Translations under genes and position numbers: made by a program
Source of the DNA: Eledone cirrhosa
Taxonomy: Eukaryota
Length of the DNA stretch: 64,000 nucleotides
Direction: 5' to 3'
Assembly (NCBI GenBank): GCA_964016885.1
Contig: OZ024740.1
Coordinates: 72,664,001 to 72,728,000 of the forward strand
In this document: in pieces, positions 41,001 through 55,423 of the stretch
Layout: every line of letters starts with the position of its first letter
How positions within the stretch are numbered: position 1 is the stretch's first letter
The notes under the pieces: model-generated
What the model was told of the DNA's origin: nothing
Database searches by the model: none
The model's input: only the letters and a program-made list of their open reading frames with translations

Positions 41001-44000
41001 ATGTCAGTCATAAGATATTTTAATGTTAGGACGGTTGATGTCAGTCTTAAGATATTTTAATGTTAGGACGGTTGATGTCAGTCTTAAGATATTTTAATGT
41101 TAGGACGGTTGATGTCAGTCATAAGATATTTTAATGTTAGGACAGTGGATGTCAGTCATAAGATATTTTAATGTTAGGACGGTTGATGTCAGTCATAAGA
41201 TATTTTAATGTTAGGACAGTGGGTGTCAGTCATAAGATATTTTAATGTTAGGACAGTGGATGTCAGTCATAAGATATTTTAATGTTAGGACGGTTGATGT
41301 CAGTCATAAGATATTTTAATGTTAGGACGGTGGATGTCAGTCTTAAGATATTTTAATGTTAGGACGGTTGATGTCAGTCTTAAGATATCTTAATGTTAGG
41401 ACGGTTGATGTCAGTCATAAGATATTTCAATATGTTAGGATGGTGGAAGATATTTTAATGTTAGGACGGTTGATGTCAGTCATAAGATATTTTAATCTTA
41501 GGACAGTGGATGTCAGTCAAAAGATATTTTAATGTTAGGACGGTTGATGTCAGTCATAAGATATTTTAATGTTAGGACGGTGGATGTCAGTCTTAAGATA
41601 TTTTAATATGTTAGGACAGTTGATATCAATAATAAAATTGTTTAATATGTTATGACAACGGATGTCAGTCATAAGATATTTCAATATGTTAGGATGGTGG
41701 AAGATATTTTAATGTTAGGACGGTTGATGTCAGTCATAAGATAATTTAATGTTAGGACGGTTGATGTCAGTCATAAGATATTTTAATGTTAGGACAGTGG
41801 ATGTCAGTCATAAGATATTTTAATGTTAGGAGAGTGGATGTCAGTCATAAGATATTTTAATGTTAGGACAGTGGATGTCAGTCATAAGATATTTTAATGT
41901 TAGGACGGTTGATGTCAGTCATAAGATATTTTAATGTTAGGACAGTGGATGTCAGTCATAAGATATTTTAATGTTAGGACGGTTGATGTCAGTCATAAGA
42001 TATTTTAATGTTAGGACGGTTGATGTCAGTCATAAGATATTTTAATGTTAGGACGGTTGATGTCAGTCATAAGATATTTCAATATGTTAGGATGGTGGAA
42101 GATATTTTAATGTTAGGACGGTTGATGTCAGTCATAAGATATTTTAATGTTAGGACAGTGGATGTCAGTCATAAGATATTTTAATGTTAGGACGGTTGAT
42201 GTCAGTCATAAGATATTTTAATGTTAGGACGGTTGATGTCAGTCATAAGATATTTTAATGTTAGGACAGTGGATGTCAGTCATAAGATATTTTAATGTTA
42301 GGACAGTGGATGTCAGTCATAAGATATTTTAATGTTAGGACGGTTGATGTCAGTCATAAGATATTTTAATGTTAGGACGGTTGATGTCAGTCATAAGATA
42401 TTTTAATGTTAGGACGGTTGATGTCAGTCTTAAGATATTTTAATGTTAGGACGGTTGATGTCAGTCTTAAGATATTTTAATGTTAGGTCGGTTGATGTCA
42501 GTCATAAGATATTTTAATGTTAGGACGGTTGATGTCAGTCATAAGATATTTCAATATGTTAGGATGGTGGAAGATATTTTAATGTTAGGACGGTTGATGT
42601 CAGTCATAAGATATTTTAATGTTAGGACAGTGGATGTCAGTCATAAGATATTTTAATGTTAGGACGGTTGATGTCAGTCATAAGATATTTTAATGTTAGG
42701 ACGGTTGATGTCAGTCATAAGATATTATAAATGTTAGGACGGTTGATGTCAGTCATAAGATATTTCAATATGTTAGGATGGTGGAAGATATTTTAATGTT
42801 AGGACGGTTGATGTCAGTCATAAGATATTTTAACATTAGGATGGTTGATGTCAGTCATAAGATATTTTAATGTTAGGACGGTTGATGTCAGTCATAAGAT
42901 ATTTTAATGTTAGGACAGTGGATGTCAGTCATAAGATATATTAATGTTAGGACAGTGGATGTCAGTCATAAGATATTTTAATGTTAGGACAGTGGATGTC
43001 AGTCATAAGATATTTTAATTTTAGGACGGTTGATGTCAGTCATAAGATATTTTAATGTTTGGACGGTTGATGTCAGTCATAAGATATTTTAACATTAGGA
43101 TGGTTGATGTCAGTCATAAGATATTTTAATGTTAGGACGGTTGATGTCAGTCATAAGATATTTTAATGTTAGGACAGTGGATGTCAGTCATAAGATATAT
43201 TAATGTTAGGACAGTGGATGTCAGTCATAAGATATTTTAATGTTAGGACAGTGGATGTCAGTCATAAGATATTTTAATTTTAGGACGGTTGATGTCAGTC
43301 ATAAGATATTTTAATGTTAGGACGGTTGATGTCAGTCATAAGATATTTTAATGTTAGGACGGTTGATGTCAGTCTTAAGATATTTTAATGTTAGGACGGT
43401 TGATGTCAGTCTTAAGATATTTTAATGTTAGGACGGTTGATGTCAGTCATAAGATATTTTAATGTTAGGACGGTTGATGTCAGTCATAAGATATTTCAAT
43501 ATGTTAGGATGGTGGAAGATATTTTAATGTTAGGACGGTTGATGTCAGTCATAAGATATTTTAATGTTAGGACAGTGGATGTCAGTCATAAGATATTTTA
43601 ATGTTAGGACGGTTGATGTCAGTCATAAGATATTTTAATGTTAGGACGGTTGATGTCAGTCATAAGATATTTTAATGTTAGGACGGTTGATGTCAGTCAT
43701 AAGATATTTTAATGTTAGGACAGTGGATGTCAGTCATAAGATATTTTAATGTTAGGAGAGTGGATGTCAGTCATAAGATATTTTAATGTTAGGACAGTGG
43801 ATGTCAGTCATAAGATATTTTAATGTTAGGACGGTTGATGTCAGTCATAAGATATTTTAATGTTAGGACAGTGGATGTCAGTCATAAGATATTTTAATGT
43901 TAGGACGGTTGATGTCAGTCATAAGATATTTTAATGTTAGGACGGTTGATGTCAGTCATAAGATATTTTAATGTTAGGACGGTTGATGTCAGTCATAAGA

Positions 44001-47000
44001 TATTTCAATATGTTAGGATGGTGGAAGATATTTTAATGTTAGGACGGTTGATGTCAGTCATAAGATATTTTAATGTTAGGACAGTGGATGTCAGTCATAA
44101 GATATTTTAATGTTAGGACGGTTGATGTCAGTCATAAGATATTTTAATGTTAGGACGGTTGATGTCAGTCATAAGATATTTTAATGTTAGGACAGTGGAT
44201 GTCAGTCATAAGATATTTTAATGTTAGGACAGTGGATATCAGTCATAAGATATTTTAATGTTAGGACGGTTGATGTCAGTCATAAGATATTTTAATGTTA
44301 GGACGGTTGATGTCAGTCATAATATATTTTAATGTTAGGACGGTTGATGTCAGTCTTAAGATATTTTAATGTTAGGACGGTTGATGTCAGTCTTAAGATA
44401 TTTTAATGTTAGGACAGTGGATGTCAGTCATAAGATATTTTAATCTTAGGACGGTTGATGTCAGTCATAAGATATTTCAATATGTTAGGATGGTGGAAGA
44501 TATTTTAATGTTAGGACGGTTGATGTCAGTCATAAGATATTTTAATGTTAGGACAGTGGATGTCAGTCATAAGATATTTTAATGTTAGGACGGTTGATGT
44601 CAGTCATAAGATATTTTAATGTTAGGACGGTTGATGTCAGTCATAAGATATTATAAATGTTAGGACGGTTGATGTCAGTCATAAGATATTTCAATATGTT
44701 AGGATGGTGGAAGATATTTTAATGTTAGGACGGTTGATGTCAGTCATAAGATATTTTAATGTTAGGACGGTTGATGTCAGTCATAAGTTATTTTAATGTT
44801 AGGACAGTGGATGTCAGTCATAAGATATTTTAATGTTAGGACAGTGGATGTCAGTCATAAGATATTTTAATGTTAGGACGGTTGATGTCAGTCATAAGAT
44901 ATTTTAATGTTAGGACAGTGGATGTCAGTCATAAGATATTTTAATGTTAGGACAGTGGATGTCAGTCATAAGATATTTTAATGTTAGGACGGTTGATGTC
45001 AGTCATAAGATATTTTAATGTTAGGACGGTTGATGTCAGTCATAAGATATTTTAATGTTAGGACGGTTGATGTCAGTCATAAGATATTTTAATGTTAGGA
45101 CAGTGGATGTCAGTCATAAGAAATTTTAATGTTAGGACGGTTGATGTCAGTCATAAGATATTTTAATGTTAGGACAGTGGATGTCAGTCATAAGATATTT
45201 TAATGTTAGGACGGTTGATGTCAGTCATAAGATATTTTAATTTAAGGACAGTGGATGTCAGTCATAAGATATTTTAATGTTAGGACAGTGGATGTCAGTC
45301 ATAAGATATTTTAATGTTAGGACGGTTGATGTCAGTCATAAGATATTTTAATGTTAGGACGGTTGATGTCAGTCATAAGATATTTTAATGTTAGGACGGT
45401 TGATGTCAGTCATAAGATATTTTAATGTTAGGACAGTAGATGTCAGTCATAAGACATTTTAATGTTAGGACAGTGGATGTCAGTCATAAGATATTTTAAT
45501 GTTAGGACGGTTGATGTCAGTCATAAGATATTTTAATGTTAGGACGGTTGATGTCAGTCATAAGATATTTTAATGTTAGGACGGTTGATGTCAGTCTTAA
45601 GATATTTTAATGTTAGGACGGTTGATGTCAGTCTTAAGATATTTTAATGTTAGGACGGTTGATGTCAGTCATAAGATATTTTAATGTTAGGACGGTTGAT
45701 GTCAGTCATAAGATATTTCAATATGTTAGGATGGTGGAAGATATTTTAATGTTAGGACGGTTGATGTCAGTCATAAGATATTTTAATGTTAGGACAGTGG
45801 ATGTCAGTCATAAGATATTTTAATGTTAGGACGGTTGATGTCAGTCATAAGATATTTTAATGTTAGGACAGTGGATCTCAGTCATAAGATATTGTAATGT
45901 TAGGACAGTGGATGTCAGTTATAAGATATTTTAATGTTAGGACGGTTGATGTCAGTCATAAGATATTTTAATGTTAGGACGGTTGATGTCAGTCATAAGA
46001 TATTTTAATGTTAGGACGGTTGATGTCAGTCATAAGATATTATAAATGTTAGGACGGTTGATGTCAGTCATAAGATATTTCAATATGTTAGGATGGTGGA
46101 AGATATTTTAATGTTAGGACGGTTGATGTCAGTCATAAGATATTTTAATGTTAGGACGGTTGATGTCAGTCATAAGTTATTTTAATGTTAGGACAGTGGA
46201 TGTCAGTCATAAGATATTTTAATGTTAGGACAGTGGATGTCAGTCATAAGATATTTTAATGTTAGGACAGTGGATGTCAGTCATAAGATATTTTAATGTT
46301 AGGACGGTTGATGTCAGTCATAAGATATTTTAATGTTAGGACAGTGGATGTCAGTCATAAGATATTTTAATGTTATGACAGTGGATGTCAGTCATAAGAT
46401 ATTTTAATGTTAGGACGGTTGAAGTCAGTCATAAGATATTTTAATGTTAGGACGGTTGATGTCAGTCATAAGATATTTTAATGTTAGGACGGTTGATGTC
46501 AGTCATAAGATATTTTAATGTTAGGACAGTGGATGTCAGTCATAAGACATTTTAATGTTAGGACGGTTGATGTCAGTCATAAGATATTTTAATGTTAGGA
46601 CGGTTGATGTCAGTCATAAGATATTTCAATATGTTAGGATGGTGGAAGATATTTTAATGTTAGGACGGTTGATGTCAGTCATAAGATATTTTAATGTTAG
46701 GACAGTGGATGTCAGTCATAAGATATTTTAATGTTAGGACGGTTGATGTCAGTCATAAGATATTTTAATGTTAGGACGGTTGATGTCAGTCATAAGATAT
46801 TTCAATATGTTAGGATGGTGGAAGATATTTTAATGTTAGGACGGTTGATGTCAGTCATAAGATATTTTAATGTTAGGACAGTGGATGTCAGTCATAAGAT
46901 TTTTTAATGTTAGGACAGTGGATGTCAGTCATAAGATATTTTAATGTTAGGACGGTTGAAGTCAGTCATAAGATATTTTAATGTTAGGACGGTTGATGTC

Positions 47001-48102
47001 AGTCATAAGATATTTTAATGTTAGGACGGTTGATGTCAGTCATAAGATATTTTAATGTTAGGACAGTGGATGTCAGTCATAAGACATGTTAATGTTAGGA
47101 CGGTTGATGTCAGTCATAAGATATTTTAATGTTAGGACGGTTGATGTCAGTCATAAGATATTTTAATTTAAGGACAGTGGATGTCAGTCATAAGATATTT
47201 TAATGTTAGGACAGTGGATGTCAGTCATAAGATATTTTAATGTTAGGACGGTTGATGTCAGTCATAAGATATTTTAATGTTAGGACGGTTGATGTCAGTC
47301 ATAAGATATTTTAATGTTAGGACGGTTGATGTCAGTCATAAGATATTTTAATGTTAGGACAGTAGATGTCAGTCATAAGACATTTTAATGTTAGGACGGT
47401 TGATGTCAGTCATAAGATATTTTAACGTTAGGACAGTGGATGTCAGTCATAAGATATTTTAATGTTAGGACAGTGGATGTCAGTCATAAGATATTTTAAT
47501 GTTAGGACGGTTGATGTCAGTCATAAGATATTTTAATGTTAGGACGGTTGATGTCAGTCATAAGATATTTTAATGTTAGGACGGTTGATGTCAGTCATAA
47601 TATATTTTAATGTTACCACGGTTGATGTCAGTCTTAAGATATTTTAATGTTAGGACGGTTGATGTCAGTCATAAGATATTTTAATGTTAGGACAGTGGAT
47701 GTCAGTCATAAGATATTTTAATGTTAGGACAGTTGATGTCAGTCATAAGATATTTTAATGTTAGGACAGTGGATGTCAGTCATAAGATATTTTAATGTTA
47801 GGACAGTGGATGTCAGTCATAAGATATTTTAATGTTAGGACGGTTGATGTCAGTCATAAGATATTTTAATGTTAGGACGTTGGATGTCAGTCTTAAGATA
47901 TTTTAATATGTTATGACAGTTGATATCAATAATAAAATTGTTTAATATGTTATGACAACGGATGTCAGTCATAAGATATTTCAATATGTTAGGATGGTGG
48001 AAGATATTTTAATGTTAGGACGGTTGATGTCAGTCACAAAAAATATTTACTATGTTAGGATGGTGGATGTCTGTCATAGAGTTGTTTAATATGTTAGGAC
48101 GG
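35085..48102. repeat. 37-bp satellite (TAAGATATTTTAATGTTAGGACGGTTGATGTCAGTCA), about 350 copies, 13 kb
   Basis: Period 37 (36061 to 36098). Two main alleles GGTTG/AGTGG and recurrent variant cassettes. Confidence 0.98.
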
Positions 48103-49050
48103 CGAATTAGTGGGAATTTTATGTCTTACAATATTTAGTTACGACTTTCTATGTTCTGAGTTTAAATCCTGCATAGGTCAAATTTGAAGTGAAGGCGCAT
48201 GGCTTGGTGATTAGAGAATTGGGCTTGCAATCGAAAGGTTGTGAGTTCAATTCTCAGACCGGGTGATGTGTTATTTCCTTGAGTAAGACACTTTATTTCA
48301 CGTTGCTCCAGTTTACTCAGCTATATAAATGAGATGATAGGACTGGGGTCCCTATCATTAAATTACCCAAGACACCTCCAACGAGATATACCTTGGAGGA
48401 AGTCAGCTAAACCTGCATAGGTGTGAGCTGTCACATACACACACATAGGTCAAATTTGTCTTTCATTCTTCCGTGATTGATAAAATAAAGCACCAGTCAA
48501 TTGCTGGGGTCGATATAATCGACGTCCCCTCACCCACCATTGGTGGCCTTGTGCCAAAATTAGAAACCATTTGGCAGTATCGGTAGAGGGTTGGACGCCA
48601 TGCTTTCTAGCATAGAGTTACGTCCCTTTATGATCTGAGTTCAAATCCCGCCGAGGTTAACTTTGCCTTTCATCCTTACGGGGTCGATAAAATAAAGTAC
48701 CAATAATGTACTGGGTAATTGCTGGCCTTGTGCCTAAAGTAGAAACAATTATTAAATTAGGGCGGTGGATTGGCAGTATCGGTAGAGAGTCGGACGCCAT
48801 GCTTTGCAGCAAAGAGTTACGGCCCTTGCCATTCTGAGTTCAAATCTGGCCGAGGTTAACTTTGCCTTTCATCCTTACGGGGTCGATAAAATAAAGTACC
48901 AGTGATACACTGGGATAATTGGTGGCTTTGTGCCAAAAGTAGAAACAATTATTAAGTTAGAGTGGTTGATTGTTAGTATTTAGTTACGGCTTTATATATT
49001 CTAAGTTTAAACTCCGCCGACGTTTATTTTATTTTCACCCTTTTAAGGTG
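48098..49050 (+). mobile_element. Tandem and nested SINE cluster: four copies of one family, the first interrupted by a tRNA-SINE at about 48189
   Basis: Repeated TTCTGAGTTCAAATC..GCCGAGGTTAACTTTGCCTTTCATCCTTACGGGGTCGATAAAATAAAGTACC. CATAGGTCAAATTTG is duplicated at 48172 and 48444 around the insert. Confidence 0.8.
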
Positions 49051-49129
49051 AAGTCATTCTATAAGAGAAGTAATTCTTTTCCTTTTTTCAAATATACCTA
49101 ACTGTACCAATGATTTCAGACATTTTCCA

Positions 49130-49203
<74 letters not shown>

Positions 49204-49204
49204 T

Positions 49205-49237
<33 letters not shown>

Positions 49238-49328
49238 TGAAAAATAACGTGGTCGGCTGTAAAACACTATCCTCAATACAGAGTACTCATAACTTCTACT
49301 TGGATTACCTTAAACGATATCTTGTTAA

Positions 49329-49379
<51 letters not shown>

Positions 49380-50399
49380 CGAGATTATAACAAAGCAATA
49401 ATCATCCTCTCCTATCATAAAACCTTTTCTCATTTATAAAATACACAATTTTATTGCTTTTTTAAACTTTACCACTTTAATCTTATTTTGTCACTTCACC
49501 AATGTCATTTAGGTCAACCCTATCTGACCATCACAATAATATTCTCTATCTAATTTCACTGTTTTCACTTTCCTATCTTCAAAAAATGACTCCCACCCTA
49601 TATGTTTACATTTGTACATACATTCTTACACCACTCTACTCTCTCTATATATACATCATCAACATAACACAACAGATCAGTTTGACAATCACCACCAAAT
49701 GCGAGAAAGTTTCCCAGAAAGTTAACAAGGACTTCTCCATAGATGTTAACAAGGACTTACCAGAACTAATATCATAATGACTTACTGTAAAGATTTGAAT
49801 TATTACAGAATATCAACCACCAGTAAAGTTATTCTTATTTTCTTTTTCAAATGTATCTTACTGTACGAAGGTATTTCCTTCATTTTCCACTATACACACA
49901 CACACATATATATATATACATACACACACACACACACATACATATACTTTATTATAGCTAAATGAGCAATTTCATGATCCGGTGAGTAGACAGGTAAAAC
50001 TCCAGAGTAACAAGATTCAACACTTATCCATAATAAAGAACATTTAAACTTTACTTCGGTATTGAGTACTCATTTTCACGTCCATCAATCACATGCGGAT
50101 ACATCCCCATATATATAAATAGAGGTTGAACAATAAAAACAAAATAGAGAGAGTTTAGTATTTAATTAATCCGTTGTTTTACAATCGTTTCAAAGGTCAA
50201 TATAAACCAAGTTCTTATCAATATATTGATAACAACTTGGTTTTTCTTATCAATATATCGATTCATCGATAGGAGTTAGGCAACTCCATAGTATTAGCCT
50301 CGAATGTATCCATTCGGCCTTTTATCCCCAGAATAAGTTCTAATAGGGTTATAATTCCTAGCCTAATTGAGTAGAATATTAATGTGTATGTATATAAAA

Positions 50400-50582
50400 A
50401 TAATTGTTTCTACTTTTGGCACAAGGCCAGAAATTATTCCAGTGTATTACTGGTACTTTATTTTATCGAACCCGTAATGATGAATAGCAAAGTTAACCTC
50501 GGCGGGATTTGAACTCAGTCCGTAAAGCGGCGTAACTGTGCTGCAAAGCATGGCGTCCGACCCTCTACCGATACTGCCAATA
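50400..50582 (-). mobile_element. SINE copy
   Basis: Reverse-complement match to 48770-48950. Confidence 0.8.
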
Positions 50583-50863
50583 TGTATATAAAAATAATGT
50601 ATATATATATATATAAATATAATGTGTATATATAAATATAATGTGTATATATAAATATAATGTGTATATATATAGATATAATATGTGTTTGTGTATAATG
50701 GGGTAATAACTTGGTAGAATTATTCAAGGTATAGAGCAACTCAAGTCCGTAGGGTGACTTGCAATATTATTATTAAGGCCTTACGGGGTCGATAAAATAA
50801 AGCACCAGTAATGTACTGGGATAATTGCTGGCCTTGTGCCAAAAAGTAGAAACAATTATTATT

Positions 50864-51048
50864 AAGGCCAGTTACTACAACATATCCACACCAGGAAAGT
50901 ACGTTTCGTTGGCCTAGAAGACCAACTTCTTCAGTCTGTACCGGTGGAAAGGAACCGGTTCTTTTCCACCGGTATCTGTTGAAAAGTTGGTCCTCCAGGC
51001 CAACGAAACGTACGTTCCTGCTATGGCTCCATTGTAGTAACTGGCCTT
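50864..51048. mobile_element. 185-bp palindromic element with twin divergent hammerhead motifs
   Basis: Imperfect palindrome centred on AACC|GGTT (50956/50957). The minus arm has CTGAAGA..GTTGGTC/GGCCAAC..GAAAC; the plus arm has GAAACGTACGTT-CCTG. Confidence 0.75.
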
Positions 51049-51069
51049 TATACATACATACATAATATA

Positions 51070-51372
51070 TGATGGCTGCTCCCTCGTTATCGAGTATGGC
51101 CATTGCACGATATACTATTAATTCTATTAATTCTATTTTGCAATGCCTGTGCGTGAAGATTTGTTTTAAAGTGAGGAAAGACTGTGCACTGAGCCAATCC
51201 CATTCTCTGAGCGACAGTAGCTATAACCCCAAAAGAAGGTAAGATCAACATCATCGGTAACCATTGACTTTATGTCGGAGTTATCCCAGTTTCCTGAGTT
51301 GCCTTCTCCTAGAATAATGCCCCAACAAAGGCTAGAGGTCCTTCACTCCCAGTGGTTTAACTGCGCGATCAT
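51070..51372 (-). mobile_element. Second copy of the non-autonomous RTE-like element
   Basis: High similarity to 18507-18822. Confidence 0.7.
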
Positions 51373-51660
51373 ACATACATATATATATATATTATGTATA
51401 TATTTGTTGAGCAAACCTGCCAAAACCACTACTAATTCATTGGTGTGGTAGTAGGCTTCTGTCATCTTACCATCCCACTCCTTCCGACTAGCCTCAGTGT
51501 CACGTGATTGATTCTTTAGAATCTGCCATTTGACCAGAGACAGCGTGCTTTTCAGTGCATGGAATCCAGTCCCCGCTAGCTGTTCCATCTACCGAATTAT
51601 TACTATTTTTATATGAGTCCCCAGTGTCCGCGCATTGCCTGGAGACTTAGCTGAGAATAG

Positions 51661-51742
51661 ACTCCCTGATGACGTAATGAATTCTCGACGGTTATATTAC
51701 GTAACTGTCTTTATCCCATTACAGAAACTAATTAGTTGGAGT
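51661..51742 (+). ncRNA. Type-I hammerhead ribozyme motif with an extended stem II
   Basis: ACTCC-CTGATGA-c-GTAATG...CATTAC-a-GAAA-CTAATTAG-TT-GGAGT; stem III ACTAATTAGT is palindromic and stem I is ACTCC/GGAGT. Confidence 0.65.
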
Positions 51743-51917
51743 GAAAATTTTAGTAAGTAAGTTAATTTTTTAAATTTTTTTTAAAAATTTTCTTATTTTA
51801 CGTCTTTCATATTATTGTTCTGCATCCTCCTGCATTGAACCACCTAGGTACTATGACATAACTTATGTATTTGCTAGCATTAGTGTACATCTGTACGCAT
51901 ATGTTAGTAGATATACT

Positions 51918-51956
<39 letters not shown>

Positions 51957-52026
51957 AGAAAAAAAGATGAAATCGAAAATGCAACTGGAGTCTTATTTAA
52001 AAAAATATATATATATTTATTTGGTT

Positions 52027-52064
52027 CCTTTACTGGTTTCGCAGTTCTTCTGCTTTTCAAAAGT
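52027..52064 (-). ncRNA. Degenerate minimal hammerhead motif
   Basis: CTT-TTGAAAA-GCAG(aagaa)CTGC-GAAAC-CA-GTA-AAG; two substitutions relative to CTGANGA. Confidence 0.45.
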
Positions 52065-52155
52065 AGAGTTGAGATGGAGGGTCTGTGGTTTTTCTCACAT
52101 CTGGTTGGTCTCTGAATGTTACTTGTTTTATATGGAAAAAAGTGGCTCGAAATGC

Positions 52156-52601
52156 CAGGTTTTTAGAGAAGTAATTTGATTGGTTTGTCAATAATTATAA
52201 TAAATTTCGCGCCAGTTCGCGTTACAAAGTTCTTCAAACAAGTGGGGAGGGGGGGGGGGGGGTCACAGGTTGTTTTTTCATATATGAGTGTTTGAATTTC
52301 TTTTTACTTAAAAAAAAAGGGCTCACGAAGGCTTTTTTTTAAATAAACGTAATTTGATTGGTTATAAATGAAATTATGGCTGTCACGTGAACAAGTTTTC
52401 ATTAAATTTTTGCGCCCTTATTTGGAAATCTATTCTGTAGCCTTTTTAGAGAATTTTATGACAAGCAAAAGATAATGGTCAAGAGAAATAGGATGGGAGA
52501 ATTGTTCTGGTTCAGTGAATATGGTTAGTTCACTGGGGTGTCAGAATTCAGATTTTCTATTAAAATAAAGAAAGTAAAGATATGTATGTTTATTTGTGTG
52601 C

Positions 52602-52654
<53 letters not shown>

Positions 52655-52775
52655 TGTTGCGTGTGTGTGTTTGAATTTCTTTTTACTTAAAAAAAGGGGC
52701 TCACGAAGGCTTTTTTTAAATAAAAAGAAATTCAAACGCACACACACAACACACACACATACACACACACACACA

Positions 52776-52853
<78 letters not shown>

Positions 52854-53290
52854 TAAACATACATATCTTTACTTTCTTTATTTTAATAGAAAATCTGAAT
52901 TCTGACACCCCAGTGAACTAACCATATTCACTGAACCAGAACAATTCTCCCATCCCATTTCTCTTGACCATTATCTTTTGCTTGTCATAAAATTCTCTAA
53001 AAAGGCTACAGAATAGATTTCCAAATAAGGGCGCGAAAATTTAATGAAAACTTGTTCACGTGACAGCCATAATTTCATTTATAACCAATCAAATTACGTT
53101 TATTTAAAAAAAAAGCCTTCGTGAGCCCCTTTTTTTAAGTAAAAAGTAATTCAAACACTCATATATGAAAAAAAACAACCTGTGCCCCCCCTCCCCCCCA
53201 CCCCTTGTTTGAAGAACTTTGTAACGCGAACTGGCGCGAAATTTATTATAATTATTGACCAACCAATCAAATTACTTCTCTAAAAACCTG
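52156..53290. repeat. Near-perfect palindrome (foldback) of about 1.13 kb
   Basis: CAGGTTTTTAGAGAAGTAATTTG... is mirrored by ...CAAATTACTTCTCTAAAAACCTG. The arms include (TG)n/(CA)n; the centre is at about 52695-52712. Confidence 0.93.
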
Positions 53291-53437
53291 TGAAAATAAG
53301 TGACTATAACGTCAAAATGGAAAATATTTAACGTAAGATATGGGAAAATAGGTAATTTATTCCAGGTTGAATGGGAGGTAACCACAGTAAGTAAGGTACT
53401 CAATACATAGCAGAGTATACAAGTTTTAATATAGATG

Positions 53438-53488
53438 AGATTCTACAGGACTAGAACTGTTTCATTCTTGAGAAATCATCAGGAATCT
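53438..53488 (-). ncRNA. Type-I hammerhead ribozyme in a dispersed element (same family as 61135-61320)
   Basis: AGATTC-CTGATGA-TTTCTCAAGAAT-GAA-ACAG(ttctagtc)CTGT-A-GAATCT; predicted GUA cleavage site. Confidence 0.7.
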
Positions 53489-54070
53489 GACTGTCCAAAT
53501 AAATGTGGTGGTATTTATATCTTTTCTGGTGGTAGGAGAGGGTGGGGAGTGGGATGGGTAGAGGTCATTGGTTGAAAGAAAAGGGAATTCATTAAAAGCT
53601 AATTCTTTAAGGCTATAATTTATATTTAGAGTGACAAAGGCAGAAAGAATTCTATAAACAAGTTCAAGTTGGGGTGCCACTCCTTATTTTTAAATTTCTC
53701 TTAAGCCAACAATGCCTAGATTTCAGGTGTCTATAAGATGGTTGGGGGTCAGTCATGGTTGATGGGTTTAAAGAAAAGGGAAATTCTTTAAAGCTCTACT
53801 TAGAGTGACAAAGGCAGAGAGAATTCTATAAACAAGTTCAAATATTGGATGCCTGTCCTTATTGTCATGTTTCTCTTAAGCTATATTTCAGGTGTCTACA
53901 GACACATTCACATGCACACAACCACATATAAATAAACACATATACAAACATATACAAACACATATACACACATACACATATATACATACATATATATTCT
54001 TTTATTCTTTTACCTGTTTCAGCCATCCGGCTGAGGCCATGCTGGGGCATATATACACACACACATATAT

Positions 54071-54472
<402 letters not shown>

Positions 54473-54699
54473 ATATATATATATATATGTACAATATATA
54501 TATATGCACAATATATATATATGTACACACACATTCACATATATACACATATGCACACATATATACATACACATACACACACACATACATATACACATAC
54601 ATATATACACATAAAATATACACATATACATATATATACCCATAAACCATACATAAATCATGTAATCAAAATTGTTTAATAAAATACAGACAGAGTTCT

Positions 54700-54934
54700 A
54701 TCGATCCATCCAGCTAGCCATCCATTCATCCAACCACCCAGCCATTCAGCCACCCGTCCATCTAGCTATCCATTCATCCAACCAACAATTCAGCCATCCA
54801 GCTACTCAGCCAGCCAGTCAGATATCATCTATTCTTCCATCCAGCCATCCCACCAGCCAGCCAACCATCATGCCAGCCAGTCAGCCAACTAGCTAGCAAT
54901 GTACCCATCCATCCACCCCATCCACCCATCCATC
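54700..54934. repeat. Degenerate (CCAT/CCAG)n tetranucleotide tract
   Basis: Direct reading. Confidence 0.8.
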
Positions 54935-55247
54935 GGTTTGCATTCCCCTCTCTTTCTCTTACTTTAAATTCAACAAATATGACAACGAAGTGGAAGGTAA
55001 TATATTTAACAACTATTTTCCAATGTAAGTGTCAGTTCTAACACAAAACAAACGTCTTTCAATGTTATCAGAGCAAATGTGTCATGAATGAGAGACAAGG
55101 AATTAATGGAAAAACTTTGTCTACTTTACATTAAATCCCATCTTTGTTAAATTCTTTGCCTAACATTCCAATATATCACCAATTTCGAAAATCCATATAC
55201 AGCACAGATATTACAAAATATTTTGAAGATTATTTAAACTTCATCAT

Positions 55248-55332
<85 letters not shown>

Positions 55333-55369
55333 GTATATATACACACACGCGCATATATATATATATGTG

Positions 55370-55423
<54 letters not shown>

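Noticed and set aside
50165-50260. GAAACGATTGTA on the minus strand with local palindromes
   Set aside because: Only the 3' box is recognisable; too degenerate to call.
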